61,627 nucleotides of DNA, filler included, from Gonapodya sp. JEL0774 (GCA_027604505.1; 16 parts of 16 records of this genome joined end to end with filler, not necessarily neighbours in it); one strand, 5' to 3'. Counted from the whole stretch's first letter, positions 43,213 to 57,150 are shown. A program made the numbers and translations. The notes: generated by a model not told the origin, from the sequence alone.

Positions 43213-46200
43213 ATGGATTCATCTGCCGAGAGTCCATCGACCATCGTGTCGCCACCAACTCCGTCTCTGCTCAAGCCGTTGGCGGCTCTTTCCGACTCCA
43301 CCTCACTCAGCGCACAACTCTCCACGGTGCAGCAACCGCCTCTCAGTCGCAAAAGCTCTGAGTCCGAGAAGGTCAGATCGGCCACATCGAGCCTTCTCGC
43401 CGGATCGGGCACCCACACTTCGAAGGACCTCATTCGACCAGGATTGTCGAGGCAGAGTACATGGTCGGAGGGAAAGAAGAAGACAAACCTACAAAGACTT
43501 GATTCGAACATCAACTGGGATGAATTTACTGTCAAGGTGAGTTTTCATTGAGGATCCCAGGAAGAGGAGACGAAGCTGCACCACAAGAGGTGTCCGCTTA
43601 GTCGAAGCTATGGACAACTACAAGAGAAGCCTTCCAAACGACGTCTTGCACCTTACCGATCCCTCGTCTCCCCCTGAACCCTACTGCTACAGCCTCTCTC
43701 CTCGGAGCCAACCTCTGCATCTTCCCGCGTTGGAGAAGTCACTCGCCTCCACGAAGCTCTAGCCAAGAACAATGAGCTTGTTGATATGCTTGAGAGAATA
43801 AAAGTAAGTTCAATTGGATTGCGGGTTTGGGACTGTCAATGTGCGATATTGCGGGTCCGAATCGAAGTTCTTCTCGCAAAAGAAATCGCGGAAACATTTC
43901 CACCAAGGATCGAACGAAATTTCTGTACTACTTGTGTCTTATTGATCGTTGCTGACCTTGTCGAATCTCCACCAATGCCCACACGTTCCTCCTTGTTACC
44001 ACTGCTGAAGTCCAAATCCAAAGCACGTATCGACACTCTCACCGCTGACCTCGCAGACCGCACAAACCAGCTGTCTCTCCTTCGTTCCTCCCCTCAAATC
44101 AACCCCGAAGAGTTTGCCCAAGCAATCAAGGACCGCGACGAAGCTCGCGCGCAACTCGCTCGTGCTCAACAGCAAAGTAATCGAGGCCGATCCACTTCTG
44201 CGGGGTCTGATCAGCACACGCAGGAGCGAATTGTCCAACTCGAAGCCGAGAATGCAAAGCTCGCCCAGATCGTGGCGGAGAAATCCGTCTCAACACTGCG
44301 TGTGGCTGAACTCACCAGACAAGTGGAGCAACTCGAGGCCGAACGGAATTCCATGCGTGCCAGAGTACAGGCGCTGGAATCAGACCGAGCCGAAGTCGTG
44401 GAGGTCGCGCGGTCCAGGTCCCGCAAGTCCTCGGTCGTTGCTTCACCACTTGTCATCACAACCAATGCCGAAAGTAGCAGCATGTCCGCCCGAGAACTTG
44501 AACACGTCGTTCGTCAACTCGAGGCTAAACTTGCAGCCAGAGATGCCAGTATCGCTCAGCTCCGTTCTTCTGGAATGGCCTCCGGAGAGCTCGAGGAGTT
44601 GAAAGTTCGCCTGGCTGTTGCGGAAGTTGCAGCACGCGGTGCTGTAAGGGAGCTCCTCGACTTGAGAAAAGAGCGCGAGTTATCAGACTCACCCTCGGCC
44701 GGATCCACCACTACCTCGCCGACGACAACTCAGGCAGATCAGGCATCCCCTGCTCTCCTCGCCTCCGAGTCCCAGCTCGCCAAACTTTCCGCAGACCTTG
44801 ATCGCGTGGACCGGGAGCGCAAGAAGCTTGTGGGAACGCTCGAGCTCGCGCAACGGCAGGCCGACAAGGCGGCGACGGAGAAACGCCAACTCGAAACGGA
44901 AATTGGAGCAATGCAGAAATCACTTGAAGAGGAGCGAGCGGCGGGTATGAAGTTGGAGGAAGAGGTGCAGCAGTTGAGGGATGCGTACACCAACCTCGAG
45001 AGGGAGAGCCAACGTGATCGGGAGAAGAATGACTCGACGGTTGAGTTGCAGAGCAGGGTTACGGTTTTACAGCGAAAGCTCGAAGTCGAGGAAAGGGAGC
45101 GCAAAGCGCTGGAAGCACAGCTACAGGACGCGTACAACAGGCTCGAGTCGGCCAGGCCGCCTTCGCTCGACGAGTTGTTTGCTGAGTCGCAGGACAAAAT
45201 TGGACAAGAGGCTAAGGAAGCCGCGGAGATGAACGACTGGTTCGAGAAATACGACAATGAGTTGTTGGCCGACCTCGCGAACCTGCGATGTGTCCTTGCA
45301 AGTGCCGAACTGAGGACAGAGCAGCTCGCCGAAGAGGTCAGTTTGCGCTTCATCTGCTCTTCTAAGAAAGAGCCTTTTCATAACTTCGTTTGAAAAGGTT
45401 CGGACGCTCACGGATGCTGAGCAAGACTACCAACTCCGTCTCACCGAAGCTGAGATGGCGCGTAGAAGCGCTGAGAACGACCTGTTGGACTTGAAGGAGA
45501 GCATAGAGAGGGAGAAGAGAGTACTCGAGACTCCTCCCAACGTGGGTATTCAAGGGTCGCGACCACAGTCTCTACAAGACATGAATGGCTGTTAAAAATT
45601 ATTTCTTACCAAACGTCTTTTAGGTTGAAGAATCACTTCTCACATCTCGGAACGAGACGGATCGTCTCACAGCCGAACTGGAACAAGCTCGTGCAGAGAT
45701 CCAATCCATGACTGTAACGCTTGACAAGCGCTCTAAGGAAATCACCACAATTTCCGCTCAACTCGCATCGGAGATGGAAGAGAACTTGGCAAGCTCGGAG
45801 GCAAAAATCCTGTTAGCGACTACAAAAAGTGAACTCGCCCTTGCCGAGGGTAAAATCGCGACACTTGCAGGAAAAAACAAAACTCTGGAAGCAGAAATAT
45901 CGGATTCTCGTCGGACGATCTCTCAACTGCAAAAGGAACTAACCGCGGCCCGTGACTCTCAAGCGGCGCAACTCGGTCTCAGTGACAGCGCGTGGAAGAG
46001 AGTAGCTGAGCTGGAAAGTCAACTGGAAGAGAGTAAGAAAACCACAGCATCATTGGCCCAAGAACTCACTGCAGCTCAGGCTGCATCGAAGGAATACGGT
46101 CAGCAGGCTCGAGCAGCCAGCTCGGAGAAACTCCTCTCACATGGTAGAGTTCCGTCTTCTACCGCCGGCGAAACTATCAGTTCAGCTCATGAAACGCCAT

Positions 46201-46262
46201 TGGTAGCGCAATTGCAGAAGTCGCACTCCAAATCGGAGCTTTCGTCGTCCAACGTGGATCGG
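43213..46262 (+). CDS. Large coiled-coil protein, 3' truncated, multi-exon
   Basis: Ser-rich N-terminal exon ending in GTGAGT. Long E/Q/K/R/L heptad-rich exons in ORFs 43786..45393 and 45708..46262. Confidence 0.8.
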
Positions 46263-46362
46263 NNNNNNNNNNNNNNNNNNNNNNNNNNNNNNNNNNNNNN
46301 NNNNNNTTAATTAATTAANNNNNNNNNNNNNNNNNNNNNNNNNNNNNNNNNNNNNNNNNNNN

Positions 46363-48707
46363 GAAGATTGATGGCCAAGCAATCGACCAGCTCCAACTAC
46401 TGGGTACACTCAACTCGCTTGTCACGCGAGAGGTTAGTACGCGAAATGGCGGTTCTTTTCCACCGCACTTTCGCCACCATCGTGTGATGAAAATCTCGAA
46501 GACATTGTGCACATGGAATATAGTTGTGCTGATATGGCAGAATGGCAGCTGCTCCTCGCAAAACTTACCTTCCTAGAAGGACGATCATGCTTGTTAGAGG
46601 ATGCACACCATGCCTGGATAGAGTCCTCATGACCCAATGCCGTACATATTGCTATTGCATGGTGTCTCGATGTCTTTCAAGGATGTTGTCAATTCGAGGC
46701 TCGCATCCGGCGCACATCTGGAACAAATCACTTACCTCTCCCAATTTCCATCCGACAGATGGTTACCTACACAGCCATCGACCACGAATCCTACGATCTG
46801 ACTTCCGAAGGACTCACGATCGCCACAGAAGGTTCTCACGAAGTCCGCGTCTACAACGCTATCCCCGCTGGTGGTTCCTTGCCTCTGGGAGATCTGGCTG
46901 GTCTAGTCGGCGCGGAGACAGCCAAAATTGGTCAGGGTCAGGCCTTCAAGAACAAATGGATCAAAAAGGTTGGAACCACGTTACAGAGGGAGGCGGCGAG
47001 TGTCGTGGATAAGGTCAGGGAGGACCTGACCAAGGTACGGGATGAAGGTGGTTTGGCCGACACAAAGGTCTTATCGGACTTGCAAAAGAGGAAGTTGGTA
47101 ATTAAAAAGTGAGTTTCACAGTGAAAGTCGTAGTGAAAGACGTGCTTCACGACAATGCAGCCCCAGTACTTCCCACTGGGCACACTGATTAGCTGATTAT
47201 TGGGGAGCACTTGGCTTTCTCAGCAACGAAATAGCACCACATATACGATTTTGTGTCCCTCCTTTACTGCAAACTCACGAACTTGCTCTCAAATCCCCGT
47301 TCACAGGAAAACCTCCACATACCGCGTTCAGAAAGGGACCAACTTCTCCACCACTGTCGAGCGTTTGGCCACAGACTTGACTGCCGAAATGATTCAATTG
47401 TGTGTGATGGACCTGCTCTTCTACTCCTCTCAGTGCCATTCCTCGATACTCACTTGCCTTGCTCGGGTTTCCTTTGTAGTGGCTCATGGAAAACTTCACA
47501 GTTCAAAAAATACAACTTCAATGCCATCGGACTAGCACCGGAAGGCGGTGCTCTGCATCCGTTGATGAAAGTCAGAGAAGAGTTCAGGAGTATCTTCTTC
47601 GAATTAGGGTGAGTCATGGAGTTTGGAGTACCTTGGTCCAGAAGCACACAACGACCGGGGTCGTTCGTCTCCAGTTTCCAAGAAATGCCGTCAAATCACT
47701 TTGTCGAATCTTCCTTCTGGAACTTCGACGCTCTTTACCAACCACAACAACACCCTGCCCGAGACGCACACGACACCTTCTTCATCAAAGACCCAGCAAC
47801 CTCGTCCGCCCTTCCCGAAGAATACCTTCAAAAGGTAAAGAAGGTACACAGTGAAGGAGGTTACGGCAGCATCGGGTACAAGTACGATTGGAAGAGGGAT
47901 GAGGCAGAGAAATTGATTCTGAGGACACATACCACGAGTAGAAGTACCTATATGTTGTGGAAGCTGGCACAAGAAGTGAGTCTTAATTGCTCGATTGGCT
48001 GTGTTTATCTTGGGCTCTTTGCTTCACGAAACACGTTCAATCTCATTCCAACACTGCAGAAAGAGTTTCGTCCGGTCAAGTACTTCTCTGTGGACCGCGT
48101 GTTCCGGAACGAGACCGTCGATGCAACACATCTGGCCGAGTTTCACCAGATCGAGGGTTTGATCGCCGACCGAGGGCTCACTCTGGGTGATTTGATTGGC
48201 TTCATGGACCAGTTCTTCAAGAAGATGGGTATCGAGAAGATCAAGTTCAAACCGGCATATAACCCGTACACTGAGCCCAGTATGGAGGTGTTTGCGTATC
48301 ACAACGGTGGGTGATCATAGAGTGGAATGATTGGCACAGCGCACTTTTCGCACCGGCATCACTGGACTCGCAATTGTAATCCGAATTCTCGAACGGATCA
48401 ATTCAGGTCTTAAAAAATGGGTCGAGATCGGTAACTCTGGCATGTTCCGTCCGGAGATGCTTCGCCCCATGGGTCTCCCTGAAGATGTCCGGGTTATCGC
48501 ATGGGGGTTGGGACTGGAGCGACCGACCATGATCCGGTATGGAATTTCCAACATCCGAGATTTGCTGGGACACAAATGCAACCTTGAGTTCATCAGGAAC
48601 AGTGGGGTAGTGAGGTGAGTCATGATGATATACTTGCCGAGTTTACTCAAATATTCCAGTAATCATTTATCTGGGTATTAAATAGGTTCGACAAGGAACT
48701 AATTTAG
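46363..48707 (+). CDS. FRS2: Phenylalanyl-tRNA synthetase alpha subunit (cytosolic), 5' truncated
   Basis: [105 protein letters not shown] and [10 protein letters not shown]. Stop at 48705-48707. Confidence 0.98.
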
Positions 48708-49019
48708 ATGTCCGTTATAAATGACGCAAGAGAATCCTTATTAGATACCGCACTGTGCTTCAAATTATGGAAGGCTGTGTTCAAATTTGGATCATTACCG
48801 GCCTAGAGCAAAGTGAGACTCCCTCAAACAAAAAAAAAAAAAGGATTGGATAGCTACTTGAGATGGACATAGCCTCGTGGTTTGCTTTTGGTGAAGGTGC
48901 GCGTGTGGCTGTGCGTTGACTGCTTGCCAGGTGATGGCGGAGTTTCCCGATCAAGCACAGTCATCAATTAAATCCAAGAATCCCCCAGTTTCTGCGTTTC
49001 GCATCTTCATCTGTGAGCT

Positions 49020-50108
49020 ATGGCTCTGAGATTGCTCCTCCCTTTGGCATTCCTTGCGCTTGCAGCAGTGCGCGGTGCGGTTGCCGGAACGGTGTGCTCT
49101 CAAATCGAACCGACCTTCTGCGTCAATGCGAAAGATGCTGGGAACGGAATGGCGACAATTACACTTTCAATCACGAAAACGAACCTTGCCTGGGTCGCTT
49201 GGGGAATTTCGCCGAATGGGCAGATGGTCCGTGTGCACATGTATTCGGTTGTTGTGTATCCGTCGCAAAGTATTCACCGTGTCTCCTTTCAGCCAAATTC
49301 CGACATCGTAGTAACTTGGTTTTCGGGATCAACTCCCGTCGTCTCTGACCGGCGCTCGGTGGCGCGAATCATGCCCGCTGCTACGGAAACTCAGAACGTG
49401 AAACTCACCACGGGTTCCTACAGCGCCAGTACCGGCGCGTACTCGATCACATTCACACGACCGTTCGTGACGGGTGATACGAATGACTTGCCGCTCGTTG
49501 TGGGGACGCAGAATTTCATCTTGTGAGCCTGTCCCGACTTTTAGGCCCGCAGGGTTGTTGAGGATTCTTACACCTTCATGCCCCTCACTAGTGCATACAA
49601 GCAGGGAACTCCACCAAGTAGCATCGACCCCACGTCGTCGATTCAGAAGCACGATTTCACAGATTCCGTCGCCTCTGCTGCTCTCATCGAAAGTGTTTCT
49701 GGGTCAACACCAAGCGGAACGACAGCAGCCTGTGAGTTGGAAGCCATTCACCACAGTGTGATGTCAGTACCTTACCCGCTGTATTTTGCCTTCCACGTAC
49801 TCTTCATCAAAGCCAATCCCACGGGCACAGTTGCTGTCCCAAAACCAACCTCGGTTGCCGCCCCCGGGACGGGCAATACAGGGACTGGCAATACAGGAGC
49901 TGGCAACACTGGAGCCACATCTGCTGAAGCTTTGGATCCTTTCTCTATATACATTCAAGCTCATGGAATTATCATGCTTGCGGCATGGGGGGTGGGTCTA
50001 ATTGAGCACTTCTGTCCAACTACCATCTCACCCATCTTGGATCGGTATTGCACACTCACAGCTGCTTGCAGTCATTGGTATTTTCTTCGCCGCGAATACG
50101 CGAGGAAA
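49020..50108 (+). CDS. DOMON plus cytochrome b561 protein, 3' truncated
   Basis: Signal peptide MALRLLLPLAFLALAAVRG; WVAWGIS..GQM|..SDIVVTW...YSITFTRP...QNFI|.AY...IQKH (Met/His heme ligands); GNTG(T/A) linker repeats; AHGIIMLAAWG. Confidence 0.85.
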
Positions 50109-52012
50109 NNNNNNNNNNNNNNNNNNNNNNNNNNNNNNNNNNNNNNNNNNNNTTAATTAATTAANNNNNNNNNNNNNNNNNNNNNNNNNNNNNNNNNNNN
50201 NNNNNNNNGGTGGAACGGTGTTTCGGTTTGACGATCGGGATGTTCGAGTCTCCAAATTCAATTTATACGCCCTCGTTCTCCACCTAGTCGCAGGGCGGCG
50301 TTTCTTGCCAAGTATCAATCCGCACGCGCCGAGATCTGAGCATGAGAGCGAATGAGCACTGGGCCATACGCTTCTTAATGTTGATGATTCTCATGACTTA
50401 TCGAACAATACAAAAACCCTCCACTGACGAAACGAGCACACAGCTCGTGGAATCGCACGTCCAATTCCTTCGCAGCGTTGGCTCTGTAATATCTTTCTCG
50501 CTGGTTCCAGCTCCAAATGTGACGAGAAACGCTTGCACTTATAGTGGGGGTGCGGACTGCTGGTGAGGCACGTGACTCGTCTCCCAAGCCCCAAGGGAGC
50601 TGTCGATCATCGACCACCACTACATTTACAAACGCGTACTTCTCATCAAACATCCATCATCATCTTCGACTCCTATCATCTTTGATGTCCACCTCCGATC
50701 CTGTTCCAGTCGTTCTTCCCAATGACCTACAAAAGGTGGACGCACCATTCCATGGTGGCATAGAAGCAGGTACAAACTGGGCAGCCATCCATACTCGGAT
50801 CCTTGCGGTACAGTCTGATTGCTCCTCTCTCCTTTCCATAGAGTCTTCGACCAAGACTCTCTGCCCCCCCGAAGTGATTACATCACCGCCACCAGCTGCA
50901 CTTCCCGGCCACATCTACGTGGCATGTAGCGACTGGGATGACGACACGAATTTACCCTTCATCTACTACAGACGTGTTTCTTTGTCTATAGTAAATCGGT
51001 TCCTCCTCAGACCCTACCGTCAAACGAGATATTCCAATCAGGTGGCATCTTTCTCGAAGCGAGGCAACACCATTCCTGAGTCGGCCCAGGACAAGGCATC
51101 TACTCTTGGTAGTGCAAAGTGAGTGAATCAATTGCTGAACTGGCCAGTGGCGGTGGAGTTCTGTCCAGAGATTCCAAGTTAATCTCTGCACTCCGTCCAC
51201 TCTTGATCAGCACACGAGCCACGGCAACTGCCAACCCCAAACAAAGCACTCCTAAGTCAAAGAGATACATACTCCGCGCGCTAGTTGCTGCAACCAGATC
51301 GTTGTTTGCCGAAGATCAACGAGTTCTATGAAGCGGGAACTATGAAGATGTTTACCCTCCACAAAATTGGACGGGATCATGTGGTTGAGCAATGATATTT
51401 AATACAGCAGTACTCATATACGCTTGTCTATATTTATATAGAACGTGGTTACATGAAATTTGTTTGATTTCTTGAGGTTCTCGTTGCCGATCACGCGAAT
51501 CATCCTTCCGAAATGAACCGTGATCTGGACTGTGGATGGCGATCCCCACTATTACCGTTTCGGATTGATATGGAGCTTCTTGAATCCCGATTGAGTGAAC
51601 TCACAGTACCCATGCTTGCGGCAAAGCTGCTATCGCTGGGCGAAAGTTGTACAGGATGAAGGACGGTCTGATCAGTGAGTTGGGAGGAGTATCGAGACCA
51701 GTCCAGAGGGTATCTGGATAGTGAGACCGATTATTATCCAAAACAAATTTTCAAGAAGAGACTCCATTACATCTCACACGTGGTGGTGTTTGTGAGGAAA
51801 GGTCGATTTCTTGACATTATACGCATACACGAGATACAGGTGCTAAGAACTTAAAAAATGCACAAAACAGCAATCTATACTTAGAGCGTTTTGGAACGCG
51901 GGTGGTACGCTGGTGGATCGGACTCTTGAATATTCGCCGTCGCTGCTGGGCATTCATTCCTTCGGAAAGTAGCATTCCTATGTGAGAGTGCCGAGATGCA
52001 AATCATCAATCG

Positions 52013-52429
52013 TTAACTACTCACTTTCTTGGGGCGGTGAGCGCTGCTAAAACTGTTTCGAGATACTTGATCTGCAGCGTTTTCTGCTCGTTGGTCTGTA
52101 CTGTGATCGCTGTAAAAAGCACGAACTTTTAATATTCTCGAGTTGGAGGATGCCTGCGTGCTGCATTTACTGTAACATAACTTACCGAGATCCTTCTGGA
52201 GACGCTTTACTCTCTTCCCTAGCTTTTTTGTCTTTTCCTCAGCGTTTTCCTGTCCTTCAGCATAACCAATCATTTGTGCTTGTTTTAGGGCTTGTGCGTT
52301 GCGAGCTTCAGCGATCATTTTGCGCTCGTCTTTCTTGTCTTTGCGACCCATCAATACTTGTTTGATGTTCCACCAGAGGGAAGAACTATTCTTGACAGCC
52401 AGCGTCAAAAGAACTGTTGAAAAGTCCAC
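52013..52429 (-). CDS. Hypothetical protein with a short coiled coil
   Basis: Charged helical segment EENAEEKTKKLGKRVKRLQKDL followed by a GTAAGT donor. Gene model incomplete. Confidence 0.3.
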   Translation of the reverse strand: MDFSTVLLTLAVKNSSSLWWNIKQVLMGRKDKKDERKMIAEARNAQALKQAQMIGYAEGQENAEEKTKKLGKRVKRLQKDLGKLCYSKCSTQASSNSRILKVRAFYSDHSTDQRAENAADQVSRNSFSSAHRPKKVSS

Positions 52430-52931
52430 TTCAAGGATAAAGCGAACGAGTACACAAGCACACTCACTAACAGCGAGTGTGTTTGCGTCAGATGCGTAGA
52501 TGTTGTGGCAGCCTCGATTCTTGCTGATCTCTTACAACGGTGAAGTCCAGTTTTAGGTGAGTGATTGATGAGCGACGGAGCATTGGAACTGGAAGATATA
52601 TTCACCAGAGACAGGAACTTAAGCAATTGATGGCATTATTGATGAAGAGAGCCGGGGCGAGTTCAGAAGCATGTATCATTGATCAATGATCATGGCACTC
52701 ATGTTGTGTAAGATGCCACGAGATTGCCTACCAGAATAATGTTGCGACCGTTATGTACTCGTCTTGACAGGCAAATATGGATGCGGTGCGTTTGCGATCC
52801 CCTGGACTGTGATGGATGGCGAAGAGTGCGGAATGCCAGAGCTCACACATGATCGTCCACAGTCATCACGCAGACCAAAACGTCGTTTTGTTGCAACAAA
52901 GCATTTCCATAACAACCATCGATCACCGCCA

Positions 52932-53948
52932 ATGACGTACTCAGATCCCATTGCACCCGTTCTGCCATCCGACCTCCGATTTGTGGGGACTGCGTTTCCC
53001 GAGAAGATAGAATCTGGAACCGTGTGGGCCGACTTCACATTCACCGGAGCCCACCTTGGGTCAGGGGGTTCCGCAACAAGTGGAGTGTATCTCGCTAATG
53101 ATGCTATACTCGGGGCTCTTGTCGCTGTCAAGCCGGTGCGTCTGAACGATAGCAAGGACAGTTGGTTTCGGGCACGGGGCATCGGATGTTACTGCTTCAA
53201 CGCAAAAAAGGAGTTGACAGCCGGTTCACTCTTCGGCGAAAAAGCTGGAATCATGAAGATACTCAAGGCTTTCACAGATGGATCCTGGGCAGTTTTCGCT
53301 TGCGAGTATGTCCCAGGGTGCAAGACTTGGACGGATTGGGTACTCTGGGCTGCGAAGCAGATTCGCAAGAAGAAGATGTCGGCCAAAAGTGCACAGAAGC
53401 AAATTGTAGCGGTACTTCTTCAACTCTTGGAGAACATAATGTGAGTCACTGTATCACGACTTATGGAAAGATCGGTGTCTCGGGAAAGATTAACTTCCCG
53501 TTCTATTACCATGAATAGCTTCCTGCATTCTCATGCTTCCTGCCACCACGACATCAAACCGGCCAATCTTCTTGTTCGAAAATGTTCATCTGGGTCCAAA
53601 CTCCTTCGGACGCTTCTCATTGACCACGGATTGGCCCAATTCTGTCCGCCGTCAGGAATGACAGGAAACTCCGGGTGCTCCCACTTCTACAGCCCGCCAG
53701 AGATGTTCAAAAGTCAGGACACTGTCCACGGGCCGCAGGTGGACCTCTTCTCTTTCGGCGCCCTCGCTTATACCTCCTTTACTACTCTGGCCGATCTCTC
53801 CCAGGGGAGCGACTGGTATGATTTCGATTGGGATTATTTCATTCCACGAAATGATCAAGAGTGTGTGGAATTCGACGAAAAGCTATGGAATTCCAACGAA
53901 TACTTGAAGGCTTTCCGTGTTCACCTGCCGAGCCTGCTTTCAAACGAA
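52932..53948 (+). CDS. Divergent Ser/Thr protein kinase, 3' truncated
   Basis: LGSGGSATSGVY, VAVK, CEYVPG, HHDIKPANLLV, LIDHGLAQ, FYSPPE and VDLFSFG. Intron at about 53441-53518. Confidence 0.88.
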
Positions 53949-55662
53949 NNNNNNNNNNNNNNNNNNNNNNNNNNNNNNNNNNNNNNNNNNNNTTAATTAA
54001 TTAANNNNNNNNNNNNNNNNNNNNNNNNNNNNNNNNNNNNNNNNNNNNCTTCGCATACCCCAAGCTGTTCTTTGGATTGCATACGAAAGGAGTACGCGCG
54101 GGTCGCGCTTTTGCCTAATACGCATGTTTCTACTTTGGACTGCTTTCTTGCGCGGTTGCTGTACCTTAAGTACTGCCACTCCGTTCTGTGAATATCGCAT
54201 CTTTCAGTTTTGAAAACCGGTTCAGTATCGTTTGTTTCACGTGGTATGTATGTTTCCTTTTTGATCTACCTACTGTTCGGCGGAATTGTCGACCGAGCTC
54301 GTAGAACGAAATCGTGTATTACTGTATAGAGCTTTCTAGACACATTTGACTCGGTCGAAAATTTTTTTGAATGACAATTACAATTAGCAACCTCGTGTTT
54401 GGTTTGGAGGTGTTGTACTAGAACGTGGACAATATTACGAACACCATCAACTTCGATTGACGGGACCTGTCGGGGTAAAGAGCGTCAACCAGTTTGGGGA
54501 ATTCGGACAGCTGGTGCAATAAATGAAGAGCACAGGGTTGATTGCATGATGTTCAATGGAGATCTAGAACGATGTGGGTGCAGATTGGAATGTCAGAGGA
54601 GAGTCAAAGTCTCACGAACAATCCGGACACAGCAGACGAGAGCGAGAGAGGTCTGAAAAGTCTGTGTAACCCTCTCTAGATAACTACATATAATAAAGGT
54701 CGCTCGTTTACAAACTAAAGTCCACGTGGTCGCGGGTCTCGACAAATTGTAAAACTAGTCGAAGGCACATGTAGGAGAACAAAGGAGAAGTCTGGGATAA
54801 AAGGAACCAAGTCCCCGTGCCCAATCTAGTCTCGGAATGTCAAGTCGCGATAAATACGCCATGTGTCCGTGGTCTTCCAACCTGAGACGCAGTACGAGTC
54901 AAATGTCCTGACACGTTCAACGGCACAAACAGATACCGACTACGAACACATACACTAAAGAATCTCTGCATCAGCCACTCACTTATTGAGAAGAAGTATC
55001 ACACAACTGCAAAAGTAGCAATGCACCCGACTGAGAACAACACATAACGTACATTGCCACCGCTCTTGGCCAGTCATGTCACTCGAGAAAGATGGTTAGA
55101 GATAAAATTGAAACGGAAAGAGGCATTGGGGCCCCGCTAGCAACCAGACTTGCGTCGGGTTCCCAGAGCACGCCACGTGGAGGCGGGGCCCGTAGTGCTC
55201 CATAACAGAAGACAATGTACGTACCCGCAGACTATCCTTTGGTCTCATCTGGGAGAGTTGCGCCTCCTCACACCCTATCCCAGCGATCGACTTACGGATT
55301 CAGCATCTCCGCGACCCGCAGTTATCGGCTGACCGCACCGGCCGAGTGAGCACCGGTCAGCCATCGAGCTCAGCAGCTGCGAGCCAGGAGACCCTATCTG
55401 ATGCGGCAGTCAGGGGTTTCGAGGGGTCCCGATGGGCCTTTTGATACGGGTAGTACTCTCTGTCAAAACTTTTGTTGCTGAATTAAGTGATGGGTGTGGC
55501 ACGGCCCCCATGACTCGGCACACCGGATCTTTCCTGATAAGGACAAATCTCACGATTGCCCACGGCAGAAGCGGCGCATCTTTGAATCAAACCGTGTTCC
55601 ACAACATCAGCTCGTTATATCTCGATGCAGGACTGCTCAGAATCTCTGAAACTGCTCTCGAC

Positions 55663-57150
55663 ATGCCCAGGAAGAACACCCACCAGAAGGCTCACAACAA
55701 GAGGTGGAGGGCGGCAATTGCTAATAAAAGACCTCGTCTAAGTCAAGCCGTCGGAGACCAACATTCTTCCACGCTCTCTCCGTCGTCAGCGGCCTGCGAG
55801 CCTGCCCTATCTGCGAGTCTGCTCGATGACACACCAGAAACTTCGAAACCATGCGAAAAGTCTTCTTCTCCTCCTGCACTCGAGGAACCTTCCTCATCCC
55901 CCCCTCCTACACTGCCATCGTCCACCGTCTTGGCTTCCAACGCGTTGACAGTCGACGCATCCCAATACACCGCTCTGTGCTGTCCTCCTTATCTTACTCT
56001 TCTGAGACAGCCTCGTCTGCAGACTCCCCACTTCACGTGCTGCCGGCAACTTCTCCCCCGGCTGAGCCTCCTCTCCTGAACCTCACCACACCTGCTACGA
56101 CGATCTCTTCCCTCCCACCGGAAACGCTCTCGAAGATATTGCTCAACTGCGCGTCACTCCTTACGCCGCTCTATTGGAAGCAGTAAAGGTCGGGAAATTT
56201 TGTGTTTGCGCGAAGACAAGGTCGGGAGGGAGGGTGAGCTTGGCTTGCCGCCGCGCACCACAAGTGTGCGGTTCATGCGCTTTGAGCATCACTGACTGGA
56301 CCGAAAACCTTGGGCAAAAGTATGGCATCCCTTCCCGGTTTTTTACGGAGGATGCTCTGAACTGCCACTTTCCAGGAGTTCCTGGATACTTCTATGACTC
56401 TGTGGTAGAAGCTCTTGCCCTCGCAATATCATGGTGGTGAAGCTCAGTCGACACGAGCAATCACGGAGATGAGCATCAAAAAAGCGTTGATCGAAGATGA
56501 TTACCTCTTTGTCTCCGGGAGGCCCAGATTTTTCTTGTGTGCTGTTGACGAGCTCATGGAAAATCATACGCCACATACAGTGATAATGCGACAGCTGTCC
56601 ACTCGACTCAGGCTTCTGCATAAGTGGAGACAGGTGCAGTTGTACATCGCACGTGATTGCTTCCCTCACTGGAGACCCCGAAACACCGCGAATGACAATC
56701 CGGATCCAGACCGCCAACGCGATGCAGTCAGATGGAACAATGAGATGCGGAAACTGTATGGAGTGGACACGCAGGGGGAGGTGGAGTGGATCACCTGGCG
56801 CCCTATGATGGTATCGTACATTCTCCACGGCCACCCTTCCATCAACGAGTTGGAGGAGATGTGGAGAACTCGGGTTATGTGAAGGGACAAAGCTGAGGTG
56901 TGCGCGGTGTGGTGCGATATTGTGAACCATCGTGATGGTGCGGACTACAAATGGCGGGCTTTTCGGAAGGGCGGGGACGTGGGGGTGCTTTGGAGTTGAC
57001 GCTGCAAGCATCGCGATAAACTTGCATGGGCAATTCAACACCGTGGCTTGAGCAGGGTTGGTGGTGGTCTTTGGAGCTGATGGAATCAACGAGTGGATCC
57101 ATGTGGCGCAGTTCGTTGGATATTCTTGCAATCTGGACTTTCAATCCTTA
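55663..57150 (+). pseudogene. Fragmented orphan gene with an F-box-like motif
   Basis: MPRKNTHQKAHNKRWR..., then ISSLPPETLSKILLNC (F-box-like), a Cys cluster CVC...C...CGSC and a 155-aa segment. These are spread over at least four frames, with a TGA at 56880-56882. Confidence 0.45.

Noticed and set aside
48830..48842. A13 tract as a retroposon tail
   Set aside because: No TSD or SINE body is visible. It is an ordinary intergenic homopolymer.
55327..55362. 9-bp GC-rich hairpin as a Helitron 3' end
   Set aside because: No CTRR terminus at the expected distance and no Rep/Hel sequence.
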